From the NCBI RefSeq assembly GCF_009914755.1, contig NC_060938.1: a stretch of 64,000 nt of DNA; one strand, given 5' to 3'. This document shows positions 41,833 through 56,789 of this stretch, one piece after another (the first letter of the stretch is position 1; the number at the start of each line of letters is the position of its first letter). Below the pieces are notes generated by a model. It ran no database searches and had not been told where the DNA came from. It saw only the letters and a list, made by a program, of their open reading frames with translations. Both the position numbers and the translations under genes were made by a program. The DNA is from the human T2T-CHM13v2.0 reference genome, Homo sapiens.

Positions 41833-43649
41833 GCAATGGCGTTGGCATTATTGTGGTTTCAATGGATCTATACTTATTTAAAACTTAAAGTTTAAAAAAA
41901 AAAAAGTCCATATGTTGCTCCACATCTTTCTGTACTAGTTGGGCCATTTTGTTGAGTTCTACTATGTGGCAAGTCAGGATGTTTTGTGTAAGTACAAGCT
42001 CCTGTGACTATAGTTTTCATGCATCCACATATCTACTAATTAGCTCCACAACTGGGTTCTGCAATTTCCTGGGCCACATCGCTGAGACAGATTCCGCATG
42101 TTCTGCACCAGCAGTCATTTCCCCTTCATGGAGCCCACATAGTCACTTAAAAGTAATTTATCCAGGAGGGTTTCCAGCTTTTAAGTGAGTCTGCTAATAA
42201 CAGAGGTTGTCTGACTTCACAATCAATTATCCTGCATAGATTCAAGTGATAATTTCTATATTTGTAGTTTTCAAGTTGCAGGGAAAAACTGGGAAGGGAG
42301 AAGAATATCAATTCTGCAAACTGGTTATTGAAAGTATTGGGGGGGTTTGCTGAATATGGTGATTTTGATGGAAAGGAATCTTAACAATACCCCATTCATA
42401 TGCATTTTCCAATTGAATTATGGAAGAAAAATTAACTTAGAAAACCAAGCAAGCAAGCAAACAAAAAGCCCCAAACAACAGCAGCAAAACCCGACTTCCA
42501 AAAAGAGTTCACATTATAGGCTTACTTTTAAAAACTGATCTAGAAACAAGAAGCTGGTTTCTAAGTTTATTTCCACACTTGCCCTCTGAACCCTGTCTTG
42601 TTGAAAGATTCAGGATATCAGATTCTCTCCCATAATTTCCTTTCAACAGAACTTACTGTATTACCCACCCATCCCCCAAATATAAATGGCTAAAACAGCT
42701 GGCTCTTTCAGTCTTGGTGTATACACACAAACACAAATGAGATACACACACACACACACGTATATTATACATCTCTGCATATATAAACACATACTTTGGT
42801 CATTTATTTTTTTAACAGAATAAAGGTAATTAATCAAAATACAATTCATTTTAATAGTTGAGGCTTGACAGAGATCATTATTTCAAGAAAAGCCAAGGAG
42901 AATAAGCTCCCTTTCATAGTATTGTTTTCTTTCTAAACCTCTATAGGGTGCATGGCTCTTAACTACTGAGAAAGTTTGGGACAGCACCATGGAGCAGCCT
43001 CCTGGCCTACATGTTAAAAGATCTAAATTCTCTTGGGGAAGGAGCTTATAACTATGTATTCACTCACCCCACAGAAGAGAAGATTTTGCATCTGTTTTAT
43101 TTCTAATTCTAGGCTGTCTCTAGTTAGCCATAGGGCAAAAAAACCAAAACTATTTCCCCCTCTTTCCCTGAAGAAAAAAACTGAAGTGCAGAGAGAGAAA
43201 TAAATATCTTTTTCTTATTCCAGTTCAATTTAGTTTCATTTGTTCTTTTCTTTAATATTTTGTGAGCGGAGAAGAAACATCTTTAAATCATCTCATCTAT
43301 GTGAAACCTGTTTTTAGAGAGTCCAGACTTTTTCTCCTTCATTCTGTGATTCCATCAGTGATGCTGAAATGACTGATTTATAATTCTCCTTCCTACTGAC
43401 TGGGAAATAGAGGTGTATCATAGTGGAGGGACCAGGAAAATGGATAGGTAGATGAAAGAGAACCAGAGGACCCTGTCCACAACCCACCCACCCAGCTGAG
43501 GACTGTTAGCTGGTCCATGAATAGAATGCTCTCACCCTTTCTGCCTCTGCATATACTGCTCTGCTACAGAGCCACTCAGCAGAGTGGTGTCCCCTTGACC
43601 CAGTTGGGGCCATCCCGGGACTCCTGTAACCTAGGACCTTCTAGCCTTA

Positions 43650-44085
43650 ATCATATCATCATATGTAAAGAATGCCTACAAATCAATAAAGAAAAATAGA
43701 AAAATAGACGAGGGATATAAACGTGATTTTTAGAAGAAACCTGGGCATTCAACTTTACAAGTCATTAAGGAAATAAAAATTAATACAAAAATGAGATCCC
43801 ACTCTTGCCATCAGTTTGGCAAAACAAAACAAAAACCCTAAATGTTGGTGAGCATATAAGAAAACAGGAACTCAAACTGCTAATGGAAGACGAAACTGGT
43901 AAAGCCACTTTGAAGAACTATCTGGCAGCCTCTAGTCTGATGTGAACAGGCACAAGCACTGCAGCCCAGCAGCTACACTTCTAGCTGTGAGCCTTAGAGA
44001 TACCTTTGCTTCACAGGTAAAATTATGTACAACAAAGGCTATATTTATTTTTATGTTTTAAAAAGGCCAGAAGGATGAACACCAA
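43650..44085 (+). mobile_element. Old L1M ORF2/3' fragment
   Basis: aaagaatgcctacaaatcaataaagaaaa...aaatgttggtgagcat...aactggtaaagccactttg. Confidence 0.65.
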
Positions 44086-44089
44086 TTTT

Positions 44090-45185
44090 TTCTTTTTAAA
44101 ATTAATAGATAACATTGTACGTTATAATCATATACAACATGATGTTTTAAAGTACACATACATTGTAGAATGGTTAAATCTAGCTAATTAAACAAATGTA
44201 TTGATCACATAGTTACCATTTTGTGGTAAGAGCATATAACATCCACTCTCTACATTTTTCAAGAATGTAATATATTTTTAACCATAGACACCTTGCTCTT
44301 TCATAGGTGTCTTGAAATTTATTCCTCCTGTCTCATTGCAATTGTGTATCCTTTGACCAACATCTTCCCATCCCCCTCTCCACCACACCCCAGCCTCTGG
44401 TAACCACCATTCTACTGTCTACTTCTATGTAATCAACTTTTTTGGATTCCACAAAGAAGTGAAATCATGTGGTATTTTGTTTTCTGTGCCCGGCTTATTT
44501 CATTTAACATAATGTCTTCCAGGTTCATCTATATTGTCACAAATGGTGGAATCTCATTCTTTTTTATGGCTGAATAGTAGAGTCAACCCTAGAAAAATGC
44601 AGGGATGAGGGGTGCTAACCCTCACACAGTCAGAAATCCACAAATACCTTTTGGCTTCTCCAAAACTTTATTAGCCTACTGTTGATTGGAAGCCTTACTG
44701 ATAACATAAACAGTCAACACATACTTTGTATATTATATATAATATATACTGTATTCTTACAGTAAGTAAGCTAGAGAAAAGAAAATGTTATTAAGAAAAT
44801 CATAAGGAAGAGAAAACATATTTACCATTCATTAAATGAAAGTGGATCTTTGTAAAATTCTTCACCCATATCGTCTACACATTGAGTAGGCTGAAGAACA
44901 GGAGGAGCTGGTCTTGCTGTCTCAGAGGTGGCAGAGGTAGAAGAGGTGGAGGAATGTAGTGGGAGATAGGAGAGACAGGTTGGAGTAGCTTTATTGAAAA
45001 AATCCATATGTAAGTGGACCTTGCAGTTCAAACCTGTGTTGTTCAAGCATCAGCTGTGTTCCATTATGCATATAGGCCACATTTTTTTTATCCATTCATC
45101 TGTTGATGGACCTTTAAGTTGATTCCATATCTTGGCCATTGTGAATAGTGCTTCCATAACATGGTAGCACAGATAACCTCTCCAA
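44090..45185 (-). mobile_element. L1MA-type 3' end, interrupted by Tigger2
   Basis: cagcctctggtaaccaccattctact...ttttttatggctgaatagta|ttccattatgcatataggccacattttt. Confidence 0.85.
44580..45056 (-). mobile_element. Tigger2/Tigger2a (MER28-like) DNA transposon
   Basis: Minus strand starts cagctgatgcttgaacaacacaggtttgaactgcaaggtccacttacat; inserted at a TA within the L1. Confidence 0.8.
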
Positions 45186-45239
45186 ATTCTTGGTAGTGGT
45201 TGTCACTGGAGGAAGAAATGTGATTGGCATACTTTACTT

Positions 45240-45785
<546 letters not shown>

Positions 45786-46369
45786 TTATATTTTTCTCTG
45801 TACTTTTCTGCATTTACATTTTTCTCAAAATTAAAAAAGCAGATAGCCACTCTTTCAGTTGATTAGTACAATCAGCATACTTTAGTCTCTTAGTAATTTT
45901 CTGATTTGCATCTTTGCAGTCCCTAAACAGTCTTTCCTCTATGATACTAACAGGTTTCACTGCAACCAGCTCACCTTCCTGGATCTGGTTTTAAGCTTGG
46001 TGAAGGCAGTGCTGATAAGGTCTGACAATGTGGGGAGTGGTAGAAGAGGCTTGGAATCTTTTACTGTTTTTCATAGCATTTCAGAGAGTTGGAAAATAGC
46101 TTCAGGGATCATCTAATAGAATTTATTTATTTAAATGAAGAAATTGTGGTCTTGAGAGCCTTGTTCAGATGCACCTGGCTAATTAAAGGTAGAGTTAGAA
46201 TCTGTAACTACTGATTTTCTAGTAACAAGAGCAGAAAGTTCTACAGAGCCTTCCCCATGGACAATCAGGCACCCACCATGGGTTTGGTATTTTGGAAATA
46301 GCCATTAGGTTAGCAATACTTTAAGGGACTAGAAGGAGAGGTTAAAAGTCTCTGTGGTCACTACATTCA

Positions 46370-46630
46370 AGAAGCAGTATAGCATAAAGGCTGAGAGAAG
46401 GTTTATCAGAAGCCATACTTGCATTGGTGTATATCTTGGCTCTGCCACTTCCAGCTGTTTTATCTTGGATAAGTTACTTAACCTGTCTGTGCCACAGTTT
46501 CTTTAATTGTAAAAGTAACAATAATAATAGTACCTATTTCAGAGGTTATTCGGAGAGTTAAAAGAGTTAATAATATGTGAGAATGATGTCTGATATATAA
46601 TGTATTCAACAAATGTTAGCTATTATTATT
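46370..46630 (+). mobile_element. MIR
   Basis: cttggctctgccacttccagctg...aagttacttaacctgtctgtgccacagtttc. Confidence 0.85.
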
Positions 46631-48037
46631 TCATTTGGAGAACAAGCTATTAAGGAAACTGAATGTTTAATTATGGTTCTGCCATCTTTTGCTTTAAACC
46701 ACTTATCTCTCAAAACTGTCCTATCTTCCTTTGTATTTAACTTGGATGAGTCTTGGTTTTACAATAAAGAAAGCAGAATTCAAAAAGGTAAGATCATTTA
46801 CTTTCCTAGAATGATGTCATACATCTGTGGTAATGATTATATTTCCTTTTCATTATATTTCACTCAACACTTATTCATCCCTATTGGTATACATGGGGGC
46901 TACCCATGGGAGATGTGAAGCAATCTAGTTGACAAAAGAAATAAAGGACTGAGTCCCTGGGGGTGTTACTGTCCAATACATAGATTGCTATTTTGATGCG
47001 CTCTGATCAATTACAAGCAAATTCTTCAAGTTTTTAAACAAATTACACTCCAAATTCCTACATTTTGACAAAAGTGCTTTGAACCTTAATATAAAATGAT
47101 GATAGAATTCTACTTGCCACCAATGCATCTATTAAACAGTGTAGGTTTCTAGGACCCAAATCAGATTTTCTTTCTTTGTATCAGTTTCTTGAAACTAATG
47201 CTATAATCCTGATGTGGCTTTTAGACACCAACCCATTCAATGGTGGAGAATTCATTCCCAGGGTTTGAAAGACAGCTAACCATTTCTTTGTTTGTCCCCA
47301 GTGCTTTTAACCAAATAATGTAGTTCTTAAAAGATGCATTTATATAAGGTAGAATACTCTACATTTCCTTTTTATGGTTGTTTAAAAATGTTTTTAACAA
47401 ACATTACAGTAATTTTTCTCATCTACCTCAGAAAAGTTCCATGTTCTAACTGAGATGAATTCCTTTGTCAAACTAGTAAGAGGGTGATTTCATTTGTAGT
47501 TTACTTACTAATTTATTCCATAATTTGAGTGTTAATCTTGCTGTCAGATGAATATAATCAACTTTTGGACTCAATTTCTTCCTGTGGAGGGGAGAATTTC
47601 TGTGTACCAAATTCCCACATAATTGCCTCTTTTGCACACACCCACATCTTATTTTTGTTGGTGCCTATCCTAGCCCATCGCAACCTGTAATTGTCCAGCT
47701 AAATAATTTTTAAAAGATTTGATGCTTTCAGGTACCAAAATGATTCAGATTTAAAGCTGCAGTGGATAGTTTATTGATACATGAATTAAACCTGAAATAC
47801 CCCCTCAGAACCTTAAATCTCTTTTCAGGACAGATGTCTAAAGTTGACCACAGTTTTTCTGTGTGAAAGTAGATGCTAAAATTAGCCATTGTAGCATGCA
47901 GCTTTGTGGAAGTGGCTGTACTCTTGCATCCTGTGGTTCTTTCTTCCCTATTGGCATGGTTATTTTGATCTGAAATGTCCTTTTTCCTTTGCTGTCTAGC
48001 TTTCTGCTGTCTACCTATTGCCATTCCATGGGCCATA

Positions 48038-48187
48038 ATTCTCAGGTGGAGGTTTTTAAAATTTTCCCTTGCCTAGGCTATATCCCAGACCAGCTGAATC
48101 AGAATCCCTGGGGACAGAGCAGGGGTATTTGAGTTTTTAAAACCTCTTCAGGACATTCTGATGCTCAACCTGAATTAAGAACCACTT
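48038..48187. mobile_element. MER5A/B (hAT-Charlie)
   Basis: ccagaccagctgaatcagaatccctgggg...ttaagaaccact. Confidence 0.75.
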
Positions 48188-48210
48188 GCTTATTGCCTAG
48201 GTTAGAAATT

Positions 48211-48561
<351 letters not shown>

Positions 48562-49103
48562 TGAAACCCAAACTATCTTAACAGCAACAAAACAATTTGT
48601 CATAAGGAATCACGAGACTCTCACATAACCCAACAGCATGAAATACAACTGGACTTCATAAGAGACCAGAGCCTGGAACAGGAGCATTTACAAGGACCCA
48701 GGCAACTAGTCCCTGTTGCCCAGGTGTAGCTCTCTGTCTGCCTGGCTCCCTTCAGGGGCTTGTGGATTCAGATCTCTGCTTCTCTCTGTACATCTGCTTT
48801 CTTTCTTTTCTCTTTCTCAGCTAGCCACTTTCGCTGCTGCTGAGCACATGGCCAAACATGGTGCATCCTCATTACCCACATTTGTACGTCCTTAGTTCGA
48901 CTTCCCAGCCCAGGGAGACTAGCATCAATGAATCTAAATTCCTGAGAGAGGATCTGATCAGTCTGGCACAGGTGATATGTCTGCCCTTAATCCAACCAGA
49001 CAACATGGCTTAAACATGGCTGCCAAGGGCCCACCCATGTGTAGGTTAAGTTTGGAGGCTATTTAGCTATCTCAAAGTGTATCTTTATGCTTGCCATATT
49101 TTT

Positions 49104-49994
49104 TTTCTTTTTTGAAGGAAATTTTGTATTATTTTAATTATTTTTATGGACAGAAAACTCAACAGTGTACATTTAACCCAGTTCAGTGGCAAAGTTCTTT
49201 AACCTTTGCCTTTTCGAGCTTGATAATGTGAGCTACAGACTTGAGACCCAGGACATTGCCTCCCCAGTGACAGTGGATCTCATCGTATCTGTCGTAGTTG
49301 GTCCTGATAGCTTCCACCAGCTTAGCCAAAGCTCCTTTGTCTTCCGAGTTAACCTTTGTGAAGACAACAGTGGTGCAGGTCTTCCTGTGGACTAGATGTC
49401 CCAGTCTTGCCTTCCCCTTGATAATGCAGTAAGGGACCCCCTTTTTACAACACGGGGCAGGCAGGCAGAAGACAGCCAGCTCGATGGGATCGACATCGTG
49501 TGCAGTCATCACCAGCTGAGCTTTCTTGTTCTCCACCAAGGTGGTGACCATGTTAACTCCTGCTCGAAGGACAGGTGGTCTCTTAGTGGGGATGTCCCCT
49601 TTGCTGGTAGCTTTCTTCTTGGCCTGGGCCAACAGCCTCTGCTTCTTCTCTTGCTTTGTCTCTGGCCTGTACTTGTGGGCCAGCTTAAGCAGCTGAGTAG
49701 CTGTTTGGTGGTCCAGGGCCTGGGTGAACTGGTTAATGGCAGGAGGCACTTACATCCACTTACAGAGGATGGCTCTCTGCCGCTGCAACCTGATATAGTG
49801 GGGCCATTTCACAAAGCGGGTGAGGTCTCTTTGGGGCTGGATATCCTGTCCAATGCCAAAATTCTTAAGCCTTTTCTCAAACAGGGGATTCACCACTTCC
49901 TTGGCCTCCTGCTTCTTTATGACAGCAGGAGCTGGAGCCATTTTTTCTCCTTGGCTTTCTTTCCTTTCAGCATCTTGGGTGGCGGGAGGAGAGA
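49104..49994 (-). pseudogene. Processed RPL7A (60S ribosomal protein eL8/L7a) pseudogene, full length (probably RPL7AP5, number from memory)
   Basis: ORFs 49750-49941 and 49183-49749 match RPL7A ([12 protein letters not shown]...[15 protein letters not shown]...KGKARLG). Intronless; ATG at 49973-49971 preceded by the pyrimidine 5'UTR; RPL7A-like 3'UTR and poly(A). Early frameshift, in-frame stop at 49750-49752 and terminal frameshift. TSD ttatg(c/g)ttgccatattttt at 49085-49103 and 49996-50014. Confidence 0.97.
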
Positions 49995-50059
49995 CTTATG
50001 GTTGCCATATTTTTCATCTAGCATTATACCAAATAACTTTGTTTCTAATTTCAGTTTTA

Positions 50060-50148
50060 TTGATGATATTTTCGCCTTTAAAGAAGGTGAAAAGCAACAA
50101 TTTTCATATATCAGGGGTGATTTAACGTTACAGATGCCACTAAGATGA
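50060..50148 (+). repeat. 89-bp diverged direct repeat, copy 1
   Basis: 75/89 ungapped identity to 51424-51512. Confidence 0.9.
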
Positions 50149-50644
50149 ACATTGAATGTACTGTTCTCTCTCTAAGCCTAGTTCTTCCTCTTATAAATAG
50201 GGATCAGTCTAAATGTTGAGAAAATTAGAGAATTGGGAAATCTGCCTCTCCTAAGTAGTAAAAGTTGAAAAGTAGTACAGTAAGATAGCAATCTAATAGC
50301 ACAGTCATTTTCTACAATGTATATAATTTTAATCATCACAATAAAGAATGTTTAAAGAAATTGAGGTAGTTTAATCATAGGCAGTGCTGAGATGTGACCA
50401 TATAATGATCTTTTAGAGAGAAGGCTGCTACTTTTTCTTTGTCTACACAAGGGTTAAAAAAAGAAGAAATGTTTTTAGGAGGAATGTAACATAGTGCCTG
50501 GCACATGGTTAGTATTCAATAGTATTTTACTAATAGTGTTTACTTAGAAATATTTATCAGAAATAACTTCAAGGTGTCTTTGGACCGATACAATGAGTTA
50601 CCAAGGAAAGTAAATACATCTTTCCTTCTTCCTTTTTTTACCAT

Positions 50645-51213
50645 TAAAGGAAACCAAAATACTTCACCCTCAAATATACTTCTTTGACATATTTGAGATG
50701 GCTATTCAGAGAACCTGCAGACAGGAATAGCCCTGTAAAACTACCTTTTGTGGGGGAGATTTACATCTGTAGAGAAAATCTACATTGCTGAAATAAACAG
50801 CCAGCCTTTCTGTGCTGTGACTTGTCTGGATCTAGGACAGATGGGCTCCTGGGAGAGAGAGACTGAGAGTTTGACACCTCTGGGGATCTAATAGAAACTT
50901 ACTCTTTTGGAGGGCTGCTACCTGTGAGGTTTCATCTGCATTACAAGACTGCCTTTGCTAGCCATGCTTTTCTTCTCTTCCACCCATAACTGGTCTTGCC
51001 AGACTCTAAGCCTCTATTCCTTCTGTAACCTCAGGATGAAAACTTCAACTATCTGACCCTTTCTTTGAGTTTTTCTTATTTTTTATAACTCCTGTGCACA
51101 TGCGTGCATATTACTATTTTTGTATGCCTTTTTTCCTATTAACCTGCCTTTTGTCAGTTGATTTTCAGTAAACACTCAGAGGTTGAAGGGGAGGTTTTCC
51201 CTAGGCTCCTATA
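50645..51213 (+). mobile_element. MER34/MER39-family ERV1 solo LTR
   Basis: aaaatacttcaccctcaaatatacttctttgacatatttgagatggctattcagag...cctgccttttgtcagttgattttcagt; 4-bp TSD ccat at 50641-50644 and 51214-51217. Confidence 0.8.
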
Positions 51214-51423
51214 CCATCTTGCATATTTGGGATATCCCAAGACATCCATGACGCTTGGCTCTCTAGGACATTGAAATCTGGTTAGGGAAGTAAAATATGA
51301 AAGCAATGGAGAACAGTCTGCCTTTGGCACTCAGAGATCTCTAGATGTTTTCACTTGTCCCATTTCATCCTTATAGGTTAAGAAGCAGGGAAATAGAGTT
51401 CATTACAATTTCAAATTATAATT

Positions 51424-51512
51424 TTGCTGATATTTTCCCCTTCAGGGAAGGTGAGAAGCAAGAATTTTCACATATCAAAGGTGATTTTACCTTGAAGATG
51501 CCACTAAGATGA
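51424..51512 (+). repeat. 89-bp diverged direct repeat, copy 2
   Basis: See copy 1. Confidence 0.9.
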
Positions 51513-51944
51513 GCTGGGCAGAGAGAATGTTAAGGCAAAGCACAATGTTAATGACTAAATTAGAACTGAAAATGAATTTAATCTCTTTAAAGAACAAGAA
51601 TCAAGGTAACTGTATTTCAGTAATGTGTAATGCAAAAAATGCATGATGAATAAAATACATCATAGAAATATGAAGGGTTGAGTTATATGCAAGTATATTA
51701 TAGGAAAAATTAGTTGATCTGATACTGTATCAGAGTAGCTTCATCATTAAATGACACTGTGTCATTTATGGAATCATTGGCAATTCCTAGAACATCTATT
51801 ACAGCACTAAAGTGGTCAGGGTTTTCATAAAGTTTTGTGGAAGTCTGAACCTTATTTTCTTAGGTCAAAGACATGGTAGAAGCAATTTATAAGTAATGTT
51901 TTATTAATAAAGTGATTTCTAAGTTTATGATAAATACAAGTGAC

Positions 51945-52345
51945 AGATCCAGTGGAATTTATTGGCTAATGTAATTGCGAAGGCTAAGAAGTGGATCTAA
52001 TGGGTTTCCAACAATGTCATCATCGTTTCTGCTGTAATTCCATCTCTCTGCTCTGCTTTCCTCCTGTTGGTTTCATTCGCAGCAGGTTTTGCCATATGGG
52101 AGGAGCAATGCAGCAGTCTCTGGTCCGTATCACTTAGGATCTCATAAGGCATAAGGTCTTTTTTCTCTCCAACTTTGTCAGTACGTTCAAAAAGAGTCCT
52201 ATTGGCCCATTAGATCTTTTGTCTACCCCAGTGGCAGGAAGACAGGGCCCCAGAGGTAGGGGTGGAGCAGTTCTCCAAAGGAAAGGAAGGTTTCAGTTAT
52301 TAGAAAAGGGGTGGAAAGAATATATGTCCACCAATATATCACACA
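51945..52345 (-). mobile_element. Old MLT1-type LTR
   Basis: ggaatttattggct...tctctctgctctgctttcctcctgttggtttcattc. Confidence 0.5.
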
Positions 52346-52995
52346 ACTGCATATAGTGCACTTTCACATCCTGTGGCAAACAAAAATCTTTCACTAATGG
52401 AAAGGAAATGATGGCTTGACATATTGTGTATAGTGTAAGAAAAAAAAAATCCAGATGCTTTTTTCATATTCACTCTAATTCCCTAGGTTACAACTAATTA
52501 GTACTTCCTGTTTGCTCCCCATATAATTTGCTTACCCCTTGACTCTATCACATGTTTATCTTCCTTCTAGAGGCCTATCTTACAGAAATAGGATGTGAAC
52601 ACTTGAAGACAGAACTTTGTCTTTTATCTCTTTATTTCCAGTGCCTAGTCCAATCCTTGGAACACAGAAGCCACTTGATGCTTACTGAGTGGAATTAAAT
52701 TCTATCCTATCTACTGCTTATATTAGGAAAGAAAAAAAATTTACTAGTCAAGGGCTTCAGGGGGAAAGTCTTTGTTCTCTAGGAGGAAGGATTTTCCCTA
52801 AGTCACTCTTGGCCTTTCTGCTTCTTCACTGTTCCTCCTTAGGGAAAGTGGAATGGCTTATCTAACTGGTGAGTCTGAGATAAGGAAGCACTTCGCACAT
52901 TCAGATATTGTCCTCCACCAGCCATAGAGGGACGGGACAGGGGGCCCTGCCTAACCCAGTTTTGGGGAAGCTCACTGTTGCTATGTACCCATGCC

Positions 52996-53049
52996 TTCTC
53001 TCTCTCTCTTTCTCTCTCTCTCCCTCTCTCTCTCTGTCTCTCTCTTTCT
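52996..53049 (+). repeat. (CT)n polypyrimidine microsatellite
   Basis: Directly visible. Confidence 0.9.
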
Positions 53050-53431
53050 AATGAAGAGTTTAGCTTTGGAGTTAATGAGCAAAAGATTTCCTTACCATAA
53101 AGTGAAGCCCATCAAGTGAAAGCAAGTAGAAAGGCGCAGAAAGGTTTATCCTTGTCACCATGTGGAAGGACACTTGGGGAGCAGATCATTTGGTAACTGT
53201 TGGTACTTGTGGCCTCTACATCTTGTAAATTCATACATGTCCACGTTTGACCTAATTGTAGACTTTTTTGAAATTTTCAGTTTTAGGTGAATACCAATGA
53301 GTACCCAGAGTTTTCTGTCTTTGTTGTCCTCTGGATGTTGGTCCCAAATCCACTCAGGCAACAAATCCTGGAGTTACCTGCTCCTTATCTTTAAAGTATA
53401 TGTAGCCCTTGGTCTCCATTTCTGCTGCCTT

Positions 53432-53895
53432 TTTTTTTTTGCTTATTTTTAAATTTAAAATTGACAAATACAGTTGTATGTATTTATGGGCACAATGTAA
53501 TGTTATAATTAATAAATATAATATGGGATAATTAAATAAAACTAATTAAGATATCCATCGCTCCAAATACTTACCAGTTTTGTGGTAAGCACATTTGAAA
53601 TTTACTCTCTTAACAATTTTCAAATGTACAGTACATAATTATTCACTATACTCGCCACACAATTTGAGCTCCTTATATATTTTGGATATTAAACCCTAAT
53701 CAGATGTATGCCTTGAAAATATTTTCTCTCAATCCAAAGGTTGTCGCTTCATGCAGTTGTTTTCCTTGCGGTACAGGGGCTTTTTATTTTGATATAATCC
53801 CATTTTTCTATTTTTGCTTTTGTTGCATGAACTTTTAGGGTCAGGTCTAAAATATCATTGCCCAGAATAATATTGTGTAATTTTCCCCCTATCTC
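53432..53895 (-). mobile_element. L1MA-type fragment (internally deleted)
   Basis: acatttgaaatttactctcttaacaattttcaaatgtaca and gatattaaaccctaatcagatgtatg. Confidence 0.8.
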
Positions 53896-54811
53896 TTTTG
53901 ACAGCCTACAATCAGATATATGAGCAAAGAAATGATTTAAAGTTGGAACTTACATTTAAAAGGGAAGCAGAGTGTAAAATTTTGGATAATTTGCAGCCTG
54001 GCTATGTGGCCAGAGAAATAAAAAGCATTTTTAGGAGAGGAATACAAGCAGGCTGAGGAACAACCACTTGCTTAGAAAGATTAGCGTGACTAAAAGGGAG
54101 CCAAGTGCTAATTTCCAAGACAATGGGGAAAAGGCATATCAGAGATCTTGGAGACAGACTCTGCTATCAGACCCAGAGCATTATGAGGAAATAATGGTTT
54201 CAGGGACCAGGCCTGGGCCATTGCCCTGCTCAGGCTTGAGACACTGCTGTCTGCATGTGGGCTGCTTCAGCTCCATCTCCAGCTCCAGCTCAAAGGGCCC
54301 CAAGTACAGCTTGGGCTGCTGGCTCTGGAGGGCACAAGCTGTAAGCTTTAGTGGCTTTCATGTGGTATTAAGTCTGCAGGTGCACAGAGTGCAAAAGTGA
54401 AGGAAACTTCGCAGATTCCCCTAGATTTCAGAGGATGTATTGGAAATCCTGGGTGCCCAGGCAGTAGCCTGCTGCAGAGGTGGAGCCCTTACAGAGAACC
54501 TCTACTAGAGCAGTGTGGAGAGGAAATGTGGAGTTGAAGCCCCCCACATAGAGTCCTCACCAGGGCACTGCCTTGTGGAGTGATGGGAAGAGGGCCACCA
54601 CCCGCCACGTCCCAGAATGGTAGAGCCATGGGCAGCTTGTATCCTGAGCTTGGAAAAGCTGCAGACACTCAACTCCAACCCATGAGAGCAGTCATGGGGT
54701 CTGCATCCTGCAAAGCCACAGGGACAGCGCTGCCCATGCACCAGTGTGCCCTGGATGTGGGACATGGAGTCAAAGATGATTATTTTGGAGCTTTAAGATT
54801 TAATGACTGCC

Positions 54812-55439
<628 letters not shown>

Positions 55440-55735
55440 TCAGACCTGCATGGGAACTGTAGCCCCTTTCTTTTGGCCAGTTTTTCCCTTTGGAATGGGA
55501 ATATTTACCCAATGCCCATATTACCATTGTATCTCGGAAATAAATAACTTGTTTTTGATCTTACAGGCTCATAGGTGGAAGGAACTCATCTCCAGATGAA
55601 ACTTTGGACTTCAGACTTGGGACTTTTGATTGAGTTGGAATTGGAACAAATTAAGACTTGGGAGAACTATTGAGAAAGGATGATTATATTTTGCAATGTG
55701 AGAAGGACATGAGATTTGGGGAGCTAGAGGCATAA

Positions 55736-56436
55736 TGATATAGTTTAGATATTTGTCCCCTCCAAATCTCATGTTAAAATCCCCAGTGTTGGAGGTGGGG
55801 CTTGGTGGAAGGTGTTCTGATTATGGGGGCAGATCCTTCATGAATGGCTTAGTCCATCCATTTGGTGATGAATGAGTTCTTGCTCTGGTGGTTAACATGA
55901 AATGTGGTTATTTAAAGAGTGTGGCACCTCCCCCCACTCTTGTTCCTACTCTCAACTTGTGACATGCTAGCTTCCCTTCACCTGCCACCATGACTATAAG
56001 CTTCCTGAGGCCTTACCAGAAGCTGAGCAGATGCCAGCACCATGATTTCTGTAGAGCCTGCAGAGCTGTGAGCCAATTAAGCTCAGCGTCAGGTGTTTCT
56101 TTCTTTTTTTTTTTTTTTGAGACAGAGTATTGCTCTGTTGCCCAGGCTGGAGTGCCTGGAGGCATGATCTCAGCTCACTGCAACCTCCACCTCCTGGGTT
56201 CAAGAGCGACTCTCATGCTTCAGCCACCCAAGGAGCTGGGATTACAGGAGTGTGCTACCACGCCCAGCTAATTTTTGTATTTTAGTGGAGATGGGGTTTC
56301 ACCATGTTGGCCAGGCTGGCCTCGAACTCCTGACCTCAAGTGATTCACCCACCTTGGCCTCCAAAAGTGCATGAGGCGTGAGCCACTGTGCCTGGGCAGT
56401 TATTTGTTTATAGTGATGCAAGAACAGACTAACACA
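55736..56436 (+). mobile_element. MSTB-like MaLR LTR, interrupted by an Alu
   Basis: tgatatagtttagatatttgtcccctccaaatctcatg ... agaacagactaacaca. Confidence 0.88.
56097..56396 (-). mobile_element. AluS
   Basis: Antisense Alu inside the MST LTR. Confidence 0.93.
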
Positions 56437-56789
56437 AATGGGTTCAGAATGCAGTTGTGGAAAAGGTGTATAATTTAATAGTTCCCTCAAACCTCACAGA
56501 AGAATTTCAGAAAGATCCTATATTTGTTTTTGAATGCATGCAGAGAATAGATTAAAATATAAATATCTTGATGTTTTTTATATTACATATTTATATCCCA
56601 TCTTTTTCCAAAACAGATTTAAAGTGGTTTCATCTTTGACATGGTAATCTAACCCATGACATTCAAAAGCCACAAGGACAGAAAAAGAATTTTCTAAGAC
56701 TGCCTGAAGCGCAACTTCATTTGATATGATTTCCTAGCCTAGAATATAATCAGGAAGGCACTGATTTCTTTCTGTTACTGTTGTTTTTA

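Noticed and set aside
49396-50148. Longest ORF in the window (250 aa, + strand)
   Set aside because: It is the antisense shadow of the RPL7A pseudogene; no independent protein features.
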